Shown here: in pieces, positions 42,598 through 55,848 of the stretch
How positions within the stretch are numbered: the first letter of the stretch is position 1
How the letters are laid out: every line of letters starts with the position of its first letter
From: Eledone cirrhosa
Lineage: Eukaryota
Length of the DNA: 64,000 nucleotides
NCBI GenBank assembly: GCA_964016885.1
Contig: OZ024747.1
Coordinates: 74,400,001-74,464,000 of the forward strand
Direction: 5' to 3'
Translations under genes and position numbers: made by a program
The notes under the pieces: generated by a model
Database searches by the model: none
What the model was told of the DNA's origin: nothing
The model's input: the letters and a program-made list of their open reading frames with translations, nothing else

Positions 42598-43246
42598 TGT
42601 ATGCGTGTGTATGTGTGTGTACGTGCGTGTATGTGTGTATACGTGTGCGCAATCTTACTACAATGTATATCGACAAGACATTTATACATCGGTTAGAAAA
42701 TCAATAAACCATGTATCTTGATGCAATTTCCTTGTGATATTTGTCCCACCCGAGTCTCATGTCACTGTCGCTATCTGGAATTGTATAAAGCAATGATTGA
42801 TCCGCTAGAAAACTGTATGTAACCAAAGAATCTATTGTCCTCATAATTTGATAACTTAAATAAAGATATACGTTAAAATGATAAGACAGCAAATTTGTGA
42901 AGAACGGACATATCTATCTGTTGATTATTTTAATCAATTTCAGAGACACTACCTGTAGATACGTCGACAGTAATTCAAGGAAAGACATTAACTAATGTTA
43001 AGCATTTAGTTCGACGCTTCACCTTTTATTTCTATTTGTGTAATTTTATATTTATTACTGTTTGTTATATTATTCTTTAGTTTCAATTACTATAACATGC
43101 ACCGCTGCCCTCGGAAGGACTTTACACACTCACAATCATTCACATCCACATATAAGAATGAATACAAATGTGTATGTATGTATGTATGTATGTATTCATG
43201 TCTACGTGTGTATATGTGCCTGTGTTTGTCTGTATATATATATCTA

Positions 43247-43288
<42 letters not shown>

Positions 43289-43374
43289 TATAGGGTGTCT
43301 CAAAAGAATGTAGTCACATTTAACCATTAGTCTCGTTTCCATGTGCAACCATGCAGTATTCTTTTCCCCATATT

Positions 43375-43478
<104 letters not shown>

Positions 43479-44730
43479 GTGTGTGTGTCGGTGTAATCAA
43501 AGAATCGTTTTGAGTATAGAGGTCGAACTTTAAAGTGTGAACGGTTAGTAAGAAGACATTTGTTTTGCACGATTGCTTCGGAGAGAAGTGAGCTGACTTG
43601 TGAAATAAAAACGTCATCGCATAGTATAATTTACATTCCTTTTTTTCTTTTCTATATATTCTTATATTTTCTGAGTGTGTTGTTAAGTTACCGTAAATCT
43701 TCGCTGGCAGATACAAGTCGACAATTTAGATCGGGTAGACTTGATCAAATTCTGCATCGCTTCGCTACTGCTAATTTCTTCAGTTCCAATTCCCCTCTTG
43801 CTTTTATTATCATTTTACCTATTGCATTTTTTCTTTTATTTCCTTATGGTAATCGATAGCGTAAAATCTACAAAAGCTCGTGTATTTTGTTCTACTTTCT
43901 ATTATATTTTGTCAAATTTTCTCAAAGATTGTTTTCACTTTTTTTTTTCTCTTTTTAAGTCTTACATGTAGTTAGTTCGCCATTGGCAATTCTGTGAGAT
44001 TTGGCATTTCAACATCAGCTCTGTATATGCTATACATACATATATGTGTTTGTATGCCATTCATACACACACAGATAATATATATATATATATATACATT
44101 CCGTTTCTTTTCTTCTTGATTTTAAGTAACATATCCAGTATTTTATTTCTCCCATGCTATTTTCTCTACGGCATTATTGAAATGTCAGTTTCCTTCTTCT
44201 TCTTCTTCTTCATAATTATTATTATTATTATTATTATTCGATGCCGTTCGGTAAAATTATAATCAATGCAACAATATCCACACACTTCTCTCTCCAACCA
44301 CTTCTATATTACTTACTTCCGTTTCTTTTATATCAGATTCATTTTAATTGCTTTAATACTCCTCGTGGCTTGTGTCACATGATAAGGAAAGAGGGGTGGA
44401 CATATCTAGGTGTCGCTTCCTGTTCGTTTATACAATGCCTAGTAGCTTATTATATTTCTACCCCACCCATTTCTCACGCCTTACCCCCTCTCTTTCTCAC
44501 TCACTCTCCCACACACATATATATATATAAGGATAAAGATCCCATAACTCCTTGTGGAGTCGTAAAGGCACCGTCATAGAGCGTGTCTAGGGCACTTTTA
44601 AACCTGGTCTGAACACAGACGATTTATTCTATAGAGGAAGGACCGACCCCCAGTACTGGACTGGTACTTTTTTATCGACCTCGAAAGTTTGAAAGGTAAA
44701 GTTGACTCAGAGCGAGCAAAGAGGTAGGAC

Positions 44731-44797
<67 letters not shown>

Positions 44798-44804
<7 letters not shown>

Positions 44805-45372
44805 AGATCAAAAGATGGTTAAAAGAGTTCCAAGTATTTTATTATGCGCATTTCAAAAACAAATATCAGCATGGGATGATATCTGCGTCTCATCAGATAA
44901 AATAGGGAGACATGATATGATTAAAAAGCCGTTGGAAGATATATCTTCCAACAGCTTTTTTATTTCTCTCTGTGAGACAATATATATTTTTTTTCTCAGT
45001 TGTAAAGGCTATCTCTCTCTCTCTCTCACCCATCTCTCCTCCTCTCTCATTCTTCCTTCTTATACTCCTCCCCCACCATTCTTTACTCTCATCTCTTCCT
45101 CATTTTTTCCCAATCTCATACATCAATCTTAATTTATTTTTCATATGTTGTTTTAAAACTTCACTATTCACAAATGTTTTTTAAGCTTCATATCATGTCT
45201 CCCTATTGTATCTGATGATATTTGTTTTTGAAATGCGCATAACAAAATACTTGGAACTCTTTTAACCATCTTTTGATCTTATATTATTTATACTCCAGTC
45301 CTACAAACTGTAGAGTGCTACTTATCCGATATTTGCATTGCTTTATTGTGCTACAATAAAACTCACCTCCTA
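44798..45372. repeat. Inverted repeat (44798-44927 / 45178-45286) carrying a hammerhead in each arm, plus tail
   Basis: The arms are reverse complements. The right-arm ribozyme has lost part of stem II. (TA)n on both sides. Confidence 0.85.
44835..44904 (-). ncRNA. Type I hammerhead ribozyme (AUA triplet, palindromic stem III)
   Basis: Reverse complement reads tattttat-CTGATGA-gacgcagatatca-tcccatgc-tgatatttgttttt-GAAA-tgcgc-ATA-ataaaata. Perfect 8-bp stem I; stem III atgcgcat is a palindrome. Confidence 0.82.
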
Positions 45373-45987
45373 CATATATATATATATATATATTGGAATA
45401 TACTGTGTTGTGCGATGGCTTAAAACAAAATTCCTATACATACTTATATATATGTGTGTGTGTGTGTGTGTATAGTGGCAATCTTTTTTTAACCCATTAC
45501 ACAACAGAATATATTTGAAGGATGACAAGAATTATTTTTCTGATTATTATTCTTTTTAACTCTTTCATAATATTTATCATCTGTTACCGTTTATTAATCA
45601 AAAGTTTCAAAACTGTGATCTGAAAATTAGAGTTCATTACACTTCCGAACACAGTTTCTTAAATTCCTGATCACTAAAGATTACAAGTTTGTAAACATTT
45701 GATCTTTAAGATGTTAGAAAAAAAATAATAACCAATATCCTGTTATATATCGTTTAAACTTGTAGAACTGATGCTCTGAACTAATGTTATTCAGCTTTTT
45801 ATTGAGAAACATAAATGAGATGTATCTTATATGTATTAACATGCATATATATATAGATAGATAGATCTACCAAAATATACGGTAGTGTCCAATCCGTATG
45901 AAGAACTCAATGTAATCCAAATATCATGAAAAGAGAAGATGTATTCAAAAATTTTTTCGATGAAAATCACAGGAAAACAGAGTCAAG

Positions 45988-46371
45988 ATAAATTAATAAA
46001 AACAATGAATAAAAACAAAGAAACAGTTCCTTATATTAAAAAAATCATCATTTTACGATCGTTTCTAGGATATATATGTGTGTGTTGGTATGTATATCAT
46101 ATAGATCTATGTAAAAATTTTACAAACTATCAGAGGGAATACACATACCTACACATATATATGCTGTCTTCGGAAATAATTATTTCTGAAGACAGCATAT
46201 ATATGTGTAGGTATGTATATTCCCTCAGATAGTTTGTAAAATTTTTACATAGATCTATATGATATACATACCAACACACACATATATATCCTAAAAACGA
46301 TCGTAAAATGATGAATTTTTTAATATAAGGAACTGTTTCTTTGTTTTTATTCATTGTTTTTATTAATTTAT
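45988..46371. repeat. Near-perfect spacerless palindrome with 192-bp arms, centred on hammerhead stem I
   Basis: Centre aaataa|ttattt at 46179/46180. The ORF track shows the same peptide (MNKNKETVPYIKK...) on both strands. Confidence 0.95.
46179..46312 (+). ncRNA. Hammerhead ribozyme with one core substitution (GAAA>AAAA); mirror copy on the minus strand has CTGAAGA>CCGAAGA
   Basis: attattt-CTGAAGA-(~100-nt stem II)-[A]AAAC-gatc-GTA-aaatgat. Stem III acgatcgt is a palindrome. Confidence 0.75.
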
Positions 46372-46376
46372 ATATA

Positions 46377-46430
<54 letters not shown>

Positions 46431-48369
46431 GTTGCTCGTGGTTAACTTTAACTGTCTCTACTATATTACCAGTATTTGAACCAGCTCTTTAGTCTGGGGA
46501 CTAATTACTCCCTCTCCATCTTAAGACAGGAAGCCCTGAAAAGGATTATGGGCATTAACTTTCTTCATAAAAAATACACTGAATTTTATTATAAATCACT
46601 ATCAGAAAAAATACAAATTACAAATAGCTTATATATATAGTAGGACTTGTAACCGTCTGTAAAATTGCGGTGAATGGAGAGAAATGAATACAGTCAGTTT
46701 TATTACAACTTTTTACAGCCTGGTTTATGTTTTAACATTGCTATTTATGTATTTATATCTTCATATATGATTATTGTTTCTTCCCAAGAAAATTCCTAAC
46801 TCCTAGTTGTTTTCATTTTCTTTTTTCAAGTTCAAATTCAGTTACCTGTGTCCTTGTGGCTATGGTGTTGCACTTATGACAATAATATCGTCGGTTCGAA
46901 TCCTGAACCCAGCTGAGTGTTGTGTTCTTGAGAAATATATTTCGTTTGAAGTTGCATCGGTATACCCAGTTGAGAAAGAGTACCAGCAATAGCTGGGGAT
47001 TTAACCCTGCAATGGATTAGTTTTCTGTCCTGGCGTGTACTCTTGGTGGCTCAAAACCACGGAAACCGAAATATTTACCGGCCTGATGACCCTCCTGGCT
47101 TGAGGCAGATTTTAAACTTTAAACTTAAATGGTGCCTAGCATTCAAACAGCTTCAAATAATACGAACTAGAGCATTGCAAGTTATTCAAGATTACTCACT
47201 TCTTGAAACACCGTTTAATCCACTTCACTAAAGAAAAACAATAGTTATAGTAATAGGTCACCTGGTCATCCAAGAAGCTCAATTTATTGCCAGAGAAAAC
47301 ATCCAGCCACGATGTCCCTACCACTATTTACTCAATCTCTCCAACCATCAGAAAATATATGAACAATTATGGGAACAAAATTACAGCACAAACATAACAC
47401 CCAATCACATTAAAACATAGAAAACAGAGAAAGATAGCAACATCATCTTAGACATCAATAACCCGAATAGACAACCCCTCCCTAGCAGAAAAAGCCGCAT
47501 AACCAGGTTCCACACCTTCACGAGAAACTACAGTCTGTTAGAATGTACAGTAGTGTCCTCAATATGATGGTGGTATGTTAGAGTTAGAGGATTTACAGTA
47601 TATAGTTCACCCAACATCACGTTTAGTAGATAGACTCGATCAGAGTCTACCTGGGCTTACAAAACACTAAGAACTAAAACAGCATCTCTCAATTAGTTTT
47701 CAGGACTTTAATTGCAGTTAGGTCTATAAATCAATGTTCTGAACGTTAGAATACCAAGAAGACATTCAGAGCAGTTTCCCTTTCTCAACCAACCAGTAAA
47801 AACATTTCAGCAATTAAAATAATCACCTCATTTTTTTTTAAAACACTCGTATAAATAACATAAATGTAATGTAAGTCAATTTCGTTTGACGAGGTACCCT
47901 GACAATTATTGAAGGAAATGGGATAATAGCTTATTTAATTTACTTCTGTATGACTCTGGGGGATTATTTGTAACAGGTATATTTAAAACAGAAAACTAGA
48001 GTATCTATATAAGTTAGCTTGAGGAGGCGGGCCAGTGCCCCTGAACTTTGAACACCCTCTCTTTGCACACTGGTGAGTTTGATACAGCTGATTGTAATCA
48101 TTGTCTACAGAAACATGAGGAAACAGGGGTTTCTTAAGATGGAATGAACCTTACTAAACTCATAAGGTTCAGGTGGTGGTAAGTCGAATAAATTCCTAGG
48201 CCTACAAATTTTATATATCAACATTGCCCCAGCTATAGACAAAACAAGAAGAGATTCTTACAAAGAAGAAGAGATTATTTATATGAAAGCCCAGTTCCAA
48301 GGTATCTTTTTAATGACGACGCCCTCGACACGTAAGATCTTGGCAATTTTATTATATATATATATATAT

Positions 48370-48557
48370 ATAGGAACGAGTAGGACCCCGACGGCTGAGC
48401 TCAAGCCGTTTCGACGGCTAATTCCAGAATTAGCCGTCGAAACGGCTTGAGCTCAGCCGTCGGGGTCCTACTCGTTCCTATTACCCACTCTACTACCCTA
48501 AGTATTGAGTACTTTGGTACGTTATGGTCCACCTGGTTCCTTACCACATTTCCTCCG

Positions 48558-48559
<2 letters not shown>
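48370..48559 (+). repeat. Perfect GC-rich palindrome (48370-48481; ~55-bp arms, 2-nt loop) built from the 3' half of a hammerhead, plus tail, between (TA)n tracts
   Basis: gacggctaattc-ca-gaattagccgtc-GAAAC-ggct-tgagctc-agcc-GTC-ggggtcc. Confidence 0.9.
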
Positions 48560-48611
<52 letters not shown>

Positions 48612-49042
48612 GTGTGTGTATGTGTGTGTGTGTGTGTGTATTAAATTTATAAATCTATAAAGCTACATCTAGATAAATACTGGGAGTGTAACCGACACAG
48701 TATTTAACTTTATCACACACTTCGACTCCTAGCACACCTCTTACTATAACCTTTAATTAATTACCAGCACGAACGCTGATTATATGCAAATTAGTTCGCC
48801 CATTTCAGAATAGTACTAAAAGCGAATGGGTATATAAGCCCAACAAATACAACTTTGTGATTGTTTGGATGATATACACGCCTTCTGATGAGGGCCCAAT
48901 TAGATCTGAAAATCAATTCTTTTCTATTTACATGGATATTTTCTGGCATGTTTACATGCCTACATATTAAATATCTGTCTATCTAGTTATATACATTAAT
49001 GCAGTCTCGGTTACCTGCTCTGTATGCATACAGACATAACAT

Positions 49043-49076
<34 letters not shown>

Positions 49077-49102
49077 GCTTATACTTAAACACACACACAC
49101 AC

Positions 49103-49144
<42 letters not shown>

Positions 49145-49648
49145 GAGAGGGCGAAAGTGAAAGAGAAGGCGGAGGAAACTATTGATTCCTGTTCAGTAAA
49201 TAATTTGCAACTTTCAAGGGATGATTTCTAAGACGATTTTAGCATTTTAGGAAATTACTTTGATTGTTATCCGATTAGGCCGGACAAATATCACGTGACC
49301 AGACAGTAATTTGCGACTTCTGATTGGCAGTTAATGACAATCAAAAATATTGTTTTAATTCTACAGACCTGCTGCCTTTTGTATTAATTGAACTTCGTGT
49401 GAAGGTGATTAGATTTTTTTTTAACAAATTACGTTGTGGACAGCTATTTAAATCAGCACATATATATACACACATACACACATATATATATACACACTTA
49501 TGCAGACACACACACATATATATACATACACGCATATATACATATATACAAACACACAGAACCACACATACAAACGTACACATATACATATATGCACACA
49601 TATAGCAACATACATAGGTGCTCACATGAATTGCATATACACCTACAA

Positions 49649-49728
<80 letters not shown>

Positions 49729-50232
49729 GTATTCACATATATGTATACACATATATGCATACACATATACAGACACACACATATATACATATACACACAC
49801 ATACATAGAAACACACATATGTGGTGGTCACATAAATACATATACGCAAGCAAACAGACACATATATATATATACACACACAAAGAAACACACGCGCTCA
49901 CATATATGTATACACATATATTCGGCATATACACATAAACATGCAGATATTAAGACACACATATATGTGACTACATACTAATACATACAGTCACAAATAA
50001 CGATAGTTGCACATATATATAGACACACACATGTATAACCTCACACATTTAATGTACTCACAAGCACACATTTAACGTATTCACACACACATTTAATGTA
50101 CTCACAAACACACACATTTGCATTCTGTTCCCCCTTCTCTCTTTCTCTCGCTCTCACTCTCACTCTCTCCCTCTCTTTCTCTCTCTCTTTTTCTCTCTCT
50201 CCCTCTCTCTCCCTCTTTCTCTACTTATTCTC

Positions 50233-50539
50233 TCTCTTTCTCTCTCTTTGTCTCAAGAACTCTCTTCTCACGATCTCTCCATCTATCACTCATCACTCTC
50301 ACTCTCCCTTCTTACTCTTTCTCTCTTTGTCTCAAGAACTCTCTTCTCACGATCTCTCCATCTATCACTCATCACTCTCACTCTCCCTTCTTACTCTTTC
50401 TCTCTTTGTCTCAAGAACTCTCTTCTCACGATCTCTCCATCTATCACTCATTACTCTCACTCTCCCTTCTCACTCTCCCTTCTCACTCTCTCTCTCTTTG
50501 TCTCAAGCACTCTCTTCTCACGATCTCTCCATCTATCAC

Positions 50540-50545
<6 letters not shown>
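50233..50545. repeat. Minisatellite, ~79-bp pyrimidine-rich unit x4
   Basis: tctcaagaactctcttctcacgatctctccatctatcactca at 50251, 50330, 50409 and (variant) 50501. Confidence 0.9.
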
Positions 50546-50603
<58 letters not shown>

Positions 50604-50805
50604 TCTCACTCTCTCTCTTTCTCTTACACTCTCTCTGTCACGATCTCTCTCTCCCCTCATCTCATCCTTATTTACCAGGAGTTTAATTAAAGACAATACA
50701 ACAATATAATTGAATGCCTGACAACTAGTTTCTCGTTTTATTCAACATTTATTTGTCTTGCTCTGTGCAGATTTCATTCGAAATTCCAACATTATATATT
50801 TGGTG

Positions 50806-50985
50806 ATTGGCAGTATCGGTAGAGGGTCGGATGCCATGCTTTGACGCATAGAGTTACGGCCCTTGCCATTCTAAGTTTAAATCCCGCCGAGGTTAACTTT
50901 GCTTTTCATCCTTACGGGGTCGATAAAATAAAGTACCAGTAATGCACTGGGTAATTGCTGGCCTTGTGCCAAAAGTAGTAACAAT
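50806..50985 (+). mobile_element. Family-1 SINE with 15-bp TSD (attatatatttggtg); an opposite-strand copy follows at ~51015-51210
   Basis: Shared SINE motifs and flanking direct repeat. Confidence 0.85.
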
Positions 50986-51308
50986 TATATATTTGGTGGC
51001 GGTATAGCAATAATGGTTCCTGATGTCAGCACAAGGGGAGGGGAAGTAGATAAGATCGATCTCAGTGCGTTACTGGTACCGTATGTTATCGATCCCGAAA
51101 GAATAAAAGCACAACCTAGCCTCGGTGGGATTTCAACTCAGAACGTAACGGGGCGTAACTCTATGCCCCATTGTATGTTGGCCGATGTTCTACCAATACT
51201 GCCAATCTATCGCCCTTCTGTACAGCAATAATTATGATAATACTAACCCATATATTTTATATATATATATATATTACCTCACTCTATTCTGCACAAGTAG
51301 ACTATTCA

Positions 51309-51364
<56 letters not shown>

Positions 51365-51368
<4 letters not shown>

Positions 51369-52462
51369 TATTAAAATAACAGATTAAAGTTTAAGCAAAG
51401 AATCGCTGCTTTCACCCTTAACGGGATCTTCTGAAACTAACAAAGTCAATCTGTAAACGCAGAAGTGGATATTTCAAAAAACGTTGCAACCGGAGGAAGA
51501 CAGGAAGACGATACTTTGGTTCGTGGTAACGTTCGCTGGCAAAGAACGGGAAAAAACGAATATAATACGTCATTAATAGGAGCGGTGAAAAACAATTACG
51601 CGCAAAGACAGAACCACGTTTATGGTATAAAAGAGGGGGTAGACTAATGTTCTCATAGGTGGTTCATAGAGACGTTCTCTAGCAATGAACGAAAAAAACG
51701 AAGATAATACGTTATATGTGGAGTGTGGAGAACAATTGCACGCAAAGACAAAACCATGTAAATGGTATAGCTGAAGTCGTAGACTAAAATTATATACGTA
51801 TTTATTTATTTATATACGTTTATTTAATTATTTATTTATTTGTATACACGCATACACACACACATATTTATATGTGCGTGGTTTTGTATACCTATGGTAA
51901 GTGTTTTCGCGTATGCTTGTGTATGTACGTATTTGTATGCGTGTATGTATTTATTTAATTTCTATTATCTCTGTATTGTATTTATTTACTTTGTTCTTAA
52001 CTCTGAAGCGGAGATTCATTCGGTTTCCTAGTTAGAATTTTAGTCTACGACTTCAGCTATACCATTTACGTGGTTTTGTCTTTGCGTGCCATTGTTCTCC
52101 ACGCTCAACATATGACGTATTATCTTCGTTTTCTTCGTTCATTGCCAGAAAACGTCTCTATGAACCACCTATGAGAACATTAGTCTACGACCTCTTTTAT
52201 ACCATAAACGTGGTTCTGTCTTTGCGCGTAATTGTTTTTCACCGCTCCTATTAATGACGTATTATATTCGGTTTTTCCCGTTCTTTGCCAGCGAACGTTA
52301 CCACGAACCAAAGTATCGTCTTCCTGTCTTTCTCCGGTTGCAACGTTTTTTGAAATATCCACTTCTGCGTTTACAGATTGACTTTGTTAGTTTCAGAAGA
52401 TCCCGTTAAGGGTGAAAGCAGCGATTCTTTGCTTAAACTTTAATCTGTTATTTTAATAAATA
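51365..52462. repeat. Large inverted repeat with 427-bp arms (51365-51791 / 52036-52462); each arm has an internal diverged 140-bp tandem duplication
   Basis: Near-identical peptide MDISKNVATG... on both strands in the ORF track. tagtctacga recurs at 52041 and 52181. Bounded by (TA)n. Confidence 0.92.
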
Positions 52463-52546
52463 TTTGCTCTACGGTTCTTATATATTTGATATATATTTAT
52501 CCTTATCGATCCCTCTTTGGATTTTAGTCTTCAAATTTATTATTAT

Positions 52547-52599
<53 letters not shown>

Positions 52600-52602
<3 letters not shown>

Positions 52603-52930
52603 TAAGTTATATTTAAATTATTGGGTTACAACGAGTAAATATTTATAACTAATATAAAAGCACTCAACAAGTATTTGGAGTATATTTACGATATTAAATA
52701 AATGGAAATTATATTTTTCTTTCTTTCTTTTTACAACTGTCAATAATATTTTTACTACCAAATCAACTTTTCAAATGCAAGTCGAAGTTGAAACGTATGT
52801 CGAATCTATTTATTTATAAGACTGTTTATATTGTATTTTGTCTGAAGAAGGCATAACATATTTTTAATATCTTATCCCTGAAATATATATAATGAAATAA
52901 ATATGGTTTTATAAATATAATTTCCATTTA

Positions 52931-53019
<89 letters not shown>

Positions 53020-53200
53020 AGAAGTTGTATTTAATTTATTGGAGGTCCGACAAACATAAATGTTTATAACTGATTTAGAGCACTCAACAGTTTACTGGAG
53101 TAAATATTCAATGATATTAAATAAATGGAAACTATGTTTATAAAACCATATTTAAATATGGTTTAATAAATATAGTTTACATTTATTTAATATCATTGTA
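52600..53200. repeat. Two related fold-back modules (52600-52940 with hammerhead; 53016-53200 palindrome) separated by (TA)n
   Basis: Shared arm atattaaataaatggaaa(t/c)tat and shared tail gcactcaaca. The second module is centred on accatattt|aaatatggt. Confidence 0.82.
52834..52899 (+). ncRNA. Type I hammerhead ribozyme (AUA triplet)
   Basis: tattttgt-CTGAAGA-agg-c-ataa-c-atatt-ttt-aatat-c-ttat-c-cct-GAAA-tatat-ATA-atgaaata. 8-bp stem I with two GU pairs, long stem II, palindromic stem III. Confidence 0.8.
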
Positions 53201-53353
53201 TATATATATACACATATATATATATGTGTGTATGTGTGTCTATATATATATGTGTGTATATATATATATATATATAGGTAGGTATATATATGTGTGTGTA
53301 TCTGTCTGTCTAATAATCATGTATATATGTAGTTGATATATACATCATATACA

Positions 53354-53425
<72 letters not shown>

Positions 53426-54222
53426 AAGTTTTGAAGAAGTACATTAATAAAACAATACTAAAGTTGTGAGTGTTATAAAGTATGCCTCCATGATAACCTT
53501 CATCAATGACCAACAATAACATTCCCCGCTTTATACAATCCATCGATTTCTTCCAAATCTAAACAGTCCATTCTAATTTTAGAATATATGGGCAATGATA
53601 CTTTCCCGCCAATAAGTCAGTAAACGAATTATTTTAGGATTTCGAGCTTAACTTCATGCTAGACAAACACAAGCAATTCCTGCAGTAGAGAGAGAAATAT
53701 AGTTTACTAGTTGGAAATATTTGCTATACGCTGCAATTGAGCATGGATTTCTTCAGAATTACACTGTAAATACACAGCGAGAATTGAATTAGGAACACTC
53801 GCTGTAAAAACGCAACAACAACACTAGCAACATCACTGAGAGATACTTATGTGATACAAACAGGATCGATGGATATTTCCTTCAATAAGTTCAATAGAAA
53901 TTATCTGTGGGATAATTACATTTAAGTTCATTGAAAATACATTAAAAAATGTATTTCCTCCATGTTAAATTCATATTAAATAATATCTGCAAGCAAATGG
54001 AATGTTTATATATATATATCTATATCTATATTGTATATATATATATATATATATATAGTGTGTGTGTGGTGTGTATATATATATATGTGTGTGTGTATGT
54101 GGTGTGTTGCGTGTGTATGTGGTGTGTGTGTTTCTGTGTGCGTGTATATATATATACATTCATACATATATATATATACATATATACATACATGTATATA
54201 CATGTATATATTCAAATGTATA

Positions 54223-54253
<31 letters not shown>

Positions 54254-54272
54254 TAATATATATATATATATG

Positions 54273-54303
<31 letters not shown>

Positions 54304-54318
54304 TTGAATATATACATG

Positions 54319-54381
<63 letters not shown>

Positions 54382-54482
54382 TTGAATATAAACATGTATG
54401 TATATATATATGTATATATATATAGATATATATATATATATAGATTTGAATATATACATGTATGTATATATATATATGTATA

Positions 54483-54533
<51 letters not shown>

Positions 54534-54924
54534 GTATATGTATATCTATATATGGTTGTGGTTGTGTGAAAATGTGTATTTCCTACCGTATATATAATAT
54601 ATGTTGCTGAGAAGAGGGGTGTTTGGTAGATGTCCAATTTTCTCTATGTTGCCACCAGACAGGAATATCTATGGAAGCATGTATTTGCAATAATTGTTGA
54701 CCTGGAAGTCTTTGAGTGGAGCAAGGGTTCATTGGTGAGTCATACATTACATTGATTCCCGAGAGGAGGGAAAGACGGAATCGATCTAAATATTTGGCTG
54801 ATATATAGTAGAATGTTAAACAAATGTTTCAATTAGTTTACTTTTATATAATATGTCTATTTAGCTATTTGTCTAGCAAAGTGATAGATTTTACAATGTT
54901 CCAATACAATAATAATAATAATAA

Positions 54925-55465
54925 TTCTTTCAGATTTAGGCACAAAACCAGCAATTTGGCGGAAAACGAAAGTCGATTAAATTGACACCAGTGCATTACT
55001 GGTGTCTTACTTTATTTTATCGACCCCATGAAAGGTAAAGCTAACCTCGGCGGGATTGGACTCAAATATTAATGGTTTGTGATATAGGCACAAGGCCAGC
55101 AATTTTGGGAGACGCGGGAAGTCAATTAAATCGACACCAGTGCGTGACTGGTACTTTATTTTATCGACCCCATAAGGATGAAAGGCAAAGGTAACCTCAA
55201 ATAATAATTGTTTCTACTTTTGGCACAAGGCCAGCAATTATGCCAGTGAATTACTAGTACTCTATTTAATCGACCCCGTAAGGATGAAAGGCAAAGTTAA
55301 CCACGGCGTGATGTGAACTCAGTCCGTAAAGTGACGTAACTGTGCTGCAAAGCATGGCGTCCGACCCTCTACCGATACTGCCAATCCACCATAATAATAA
55401 TTGTTTCTACATTAGGCACAAGGCCACGAATTTGAAGCGAAGAGGAGAGTCGATTAAATTAACCC
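54925..55465 (-). mobile_element. Cluster of 3-4 family-1 SINE copies or fragments
   Basis: Repeated ggcacaaggccagcaatt...actggtactttattttatcgacccc...ggatgaaaggcaaag. Confidence 0.85.
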
Positions 55466-55621
55466 AGTAGTTGGGTGCAGGGGTGAGTGAGGGGATTGGG
55501 GGATTAGACATATGAGGGAAGAGATGTGTGTGTGGAGTGAATGAAGCTGTCACTAGGCCAGACCGATTTTAAAGACCGGATGTACCTTTAATAGCTCTGG
55601 GAACAGAAGTGAGAATGTCTA

Positions 55622-55848
55622 CGAGGGTCGCTGAAATGTTCATAGGCTAACCAAGATACTCTCATAGAACGACTGAGGTTAAATAGCCTCACCAATCAGT
55701 GGTGAGCATGGTGAGTACGGCTAGAACCCTGTATCTACATTGTCCCTGAAACAATGCAGTTATTAATAAGAAGAGCTGAAATTAATGCATGCAAGATTTC
55801 ACAGCTCGAGCATCATAGTCAGCTTATGAACGTTTCAGTTCACAGTCG
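55622..55848 (+). mobile_element. Mariner-type MITE
   Basis: TA|cgagggtcgctgaaatgttcataggct...agcttatgaacgtttcag...tcg|TA. Confidence 0.78.

Noticed and set aside
48880-48925. CTGATGA-gggcccaattagatct-GAAA downstream of a TATA-like box
   Set aside because: Stems I and III do not pair. It is at best a heavily decayed pLTR and too weak to call.
51465-52362. Paired 60-aa ORFs MDISKNVATG... on opposite strands
   Set aside because: They are a by-product of the inverted repeat, start at GTG and show no recognisable domain.
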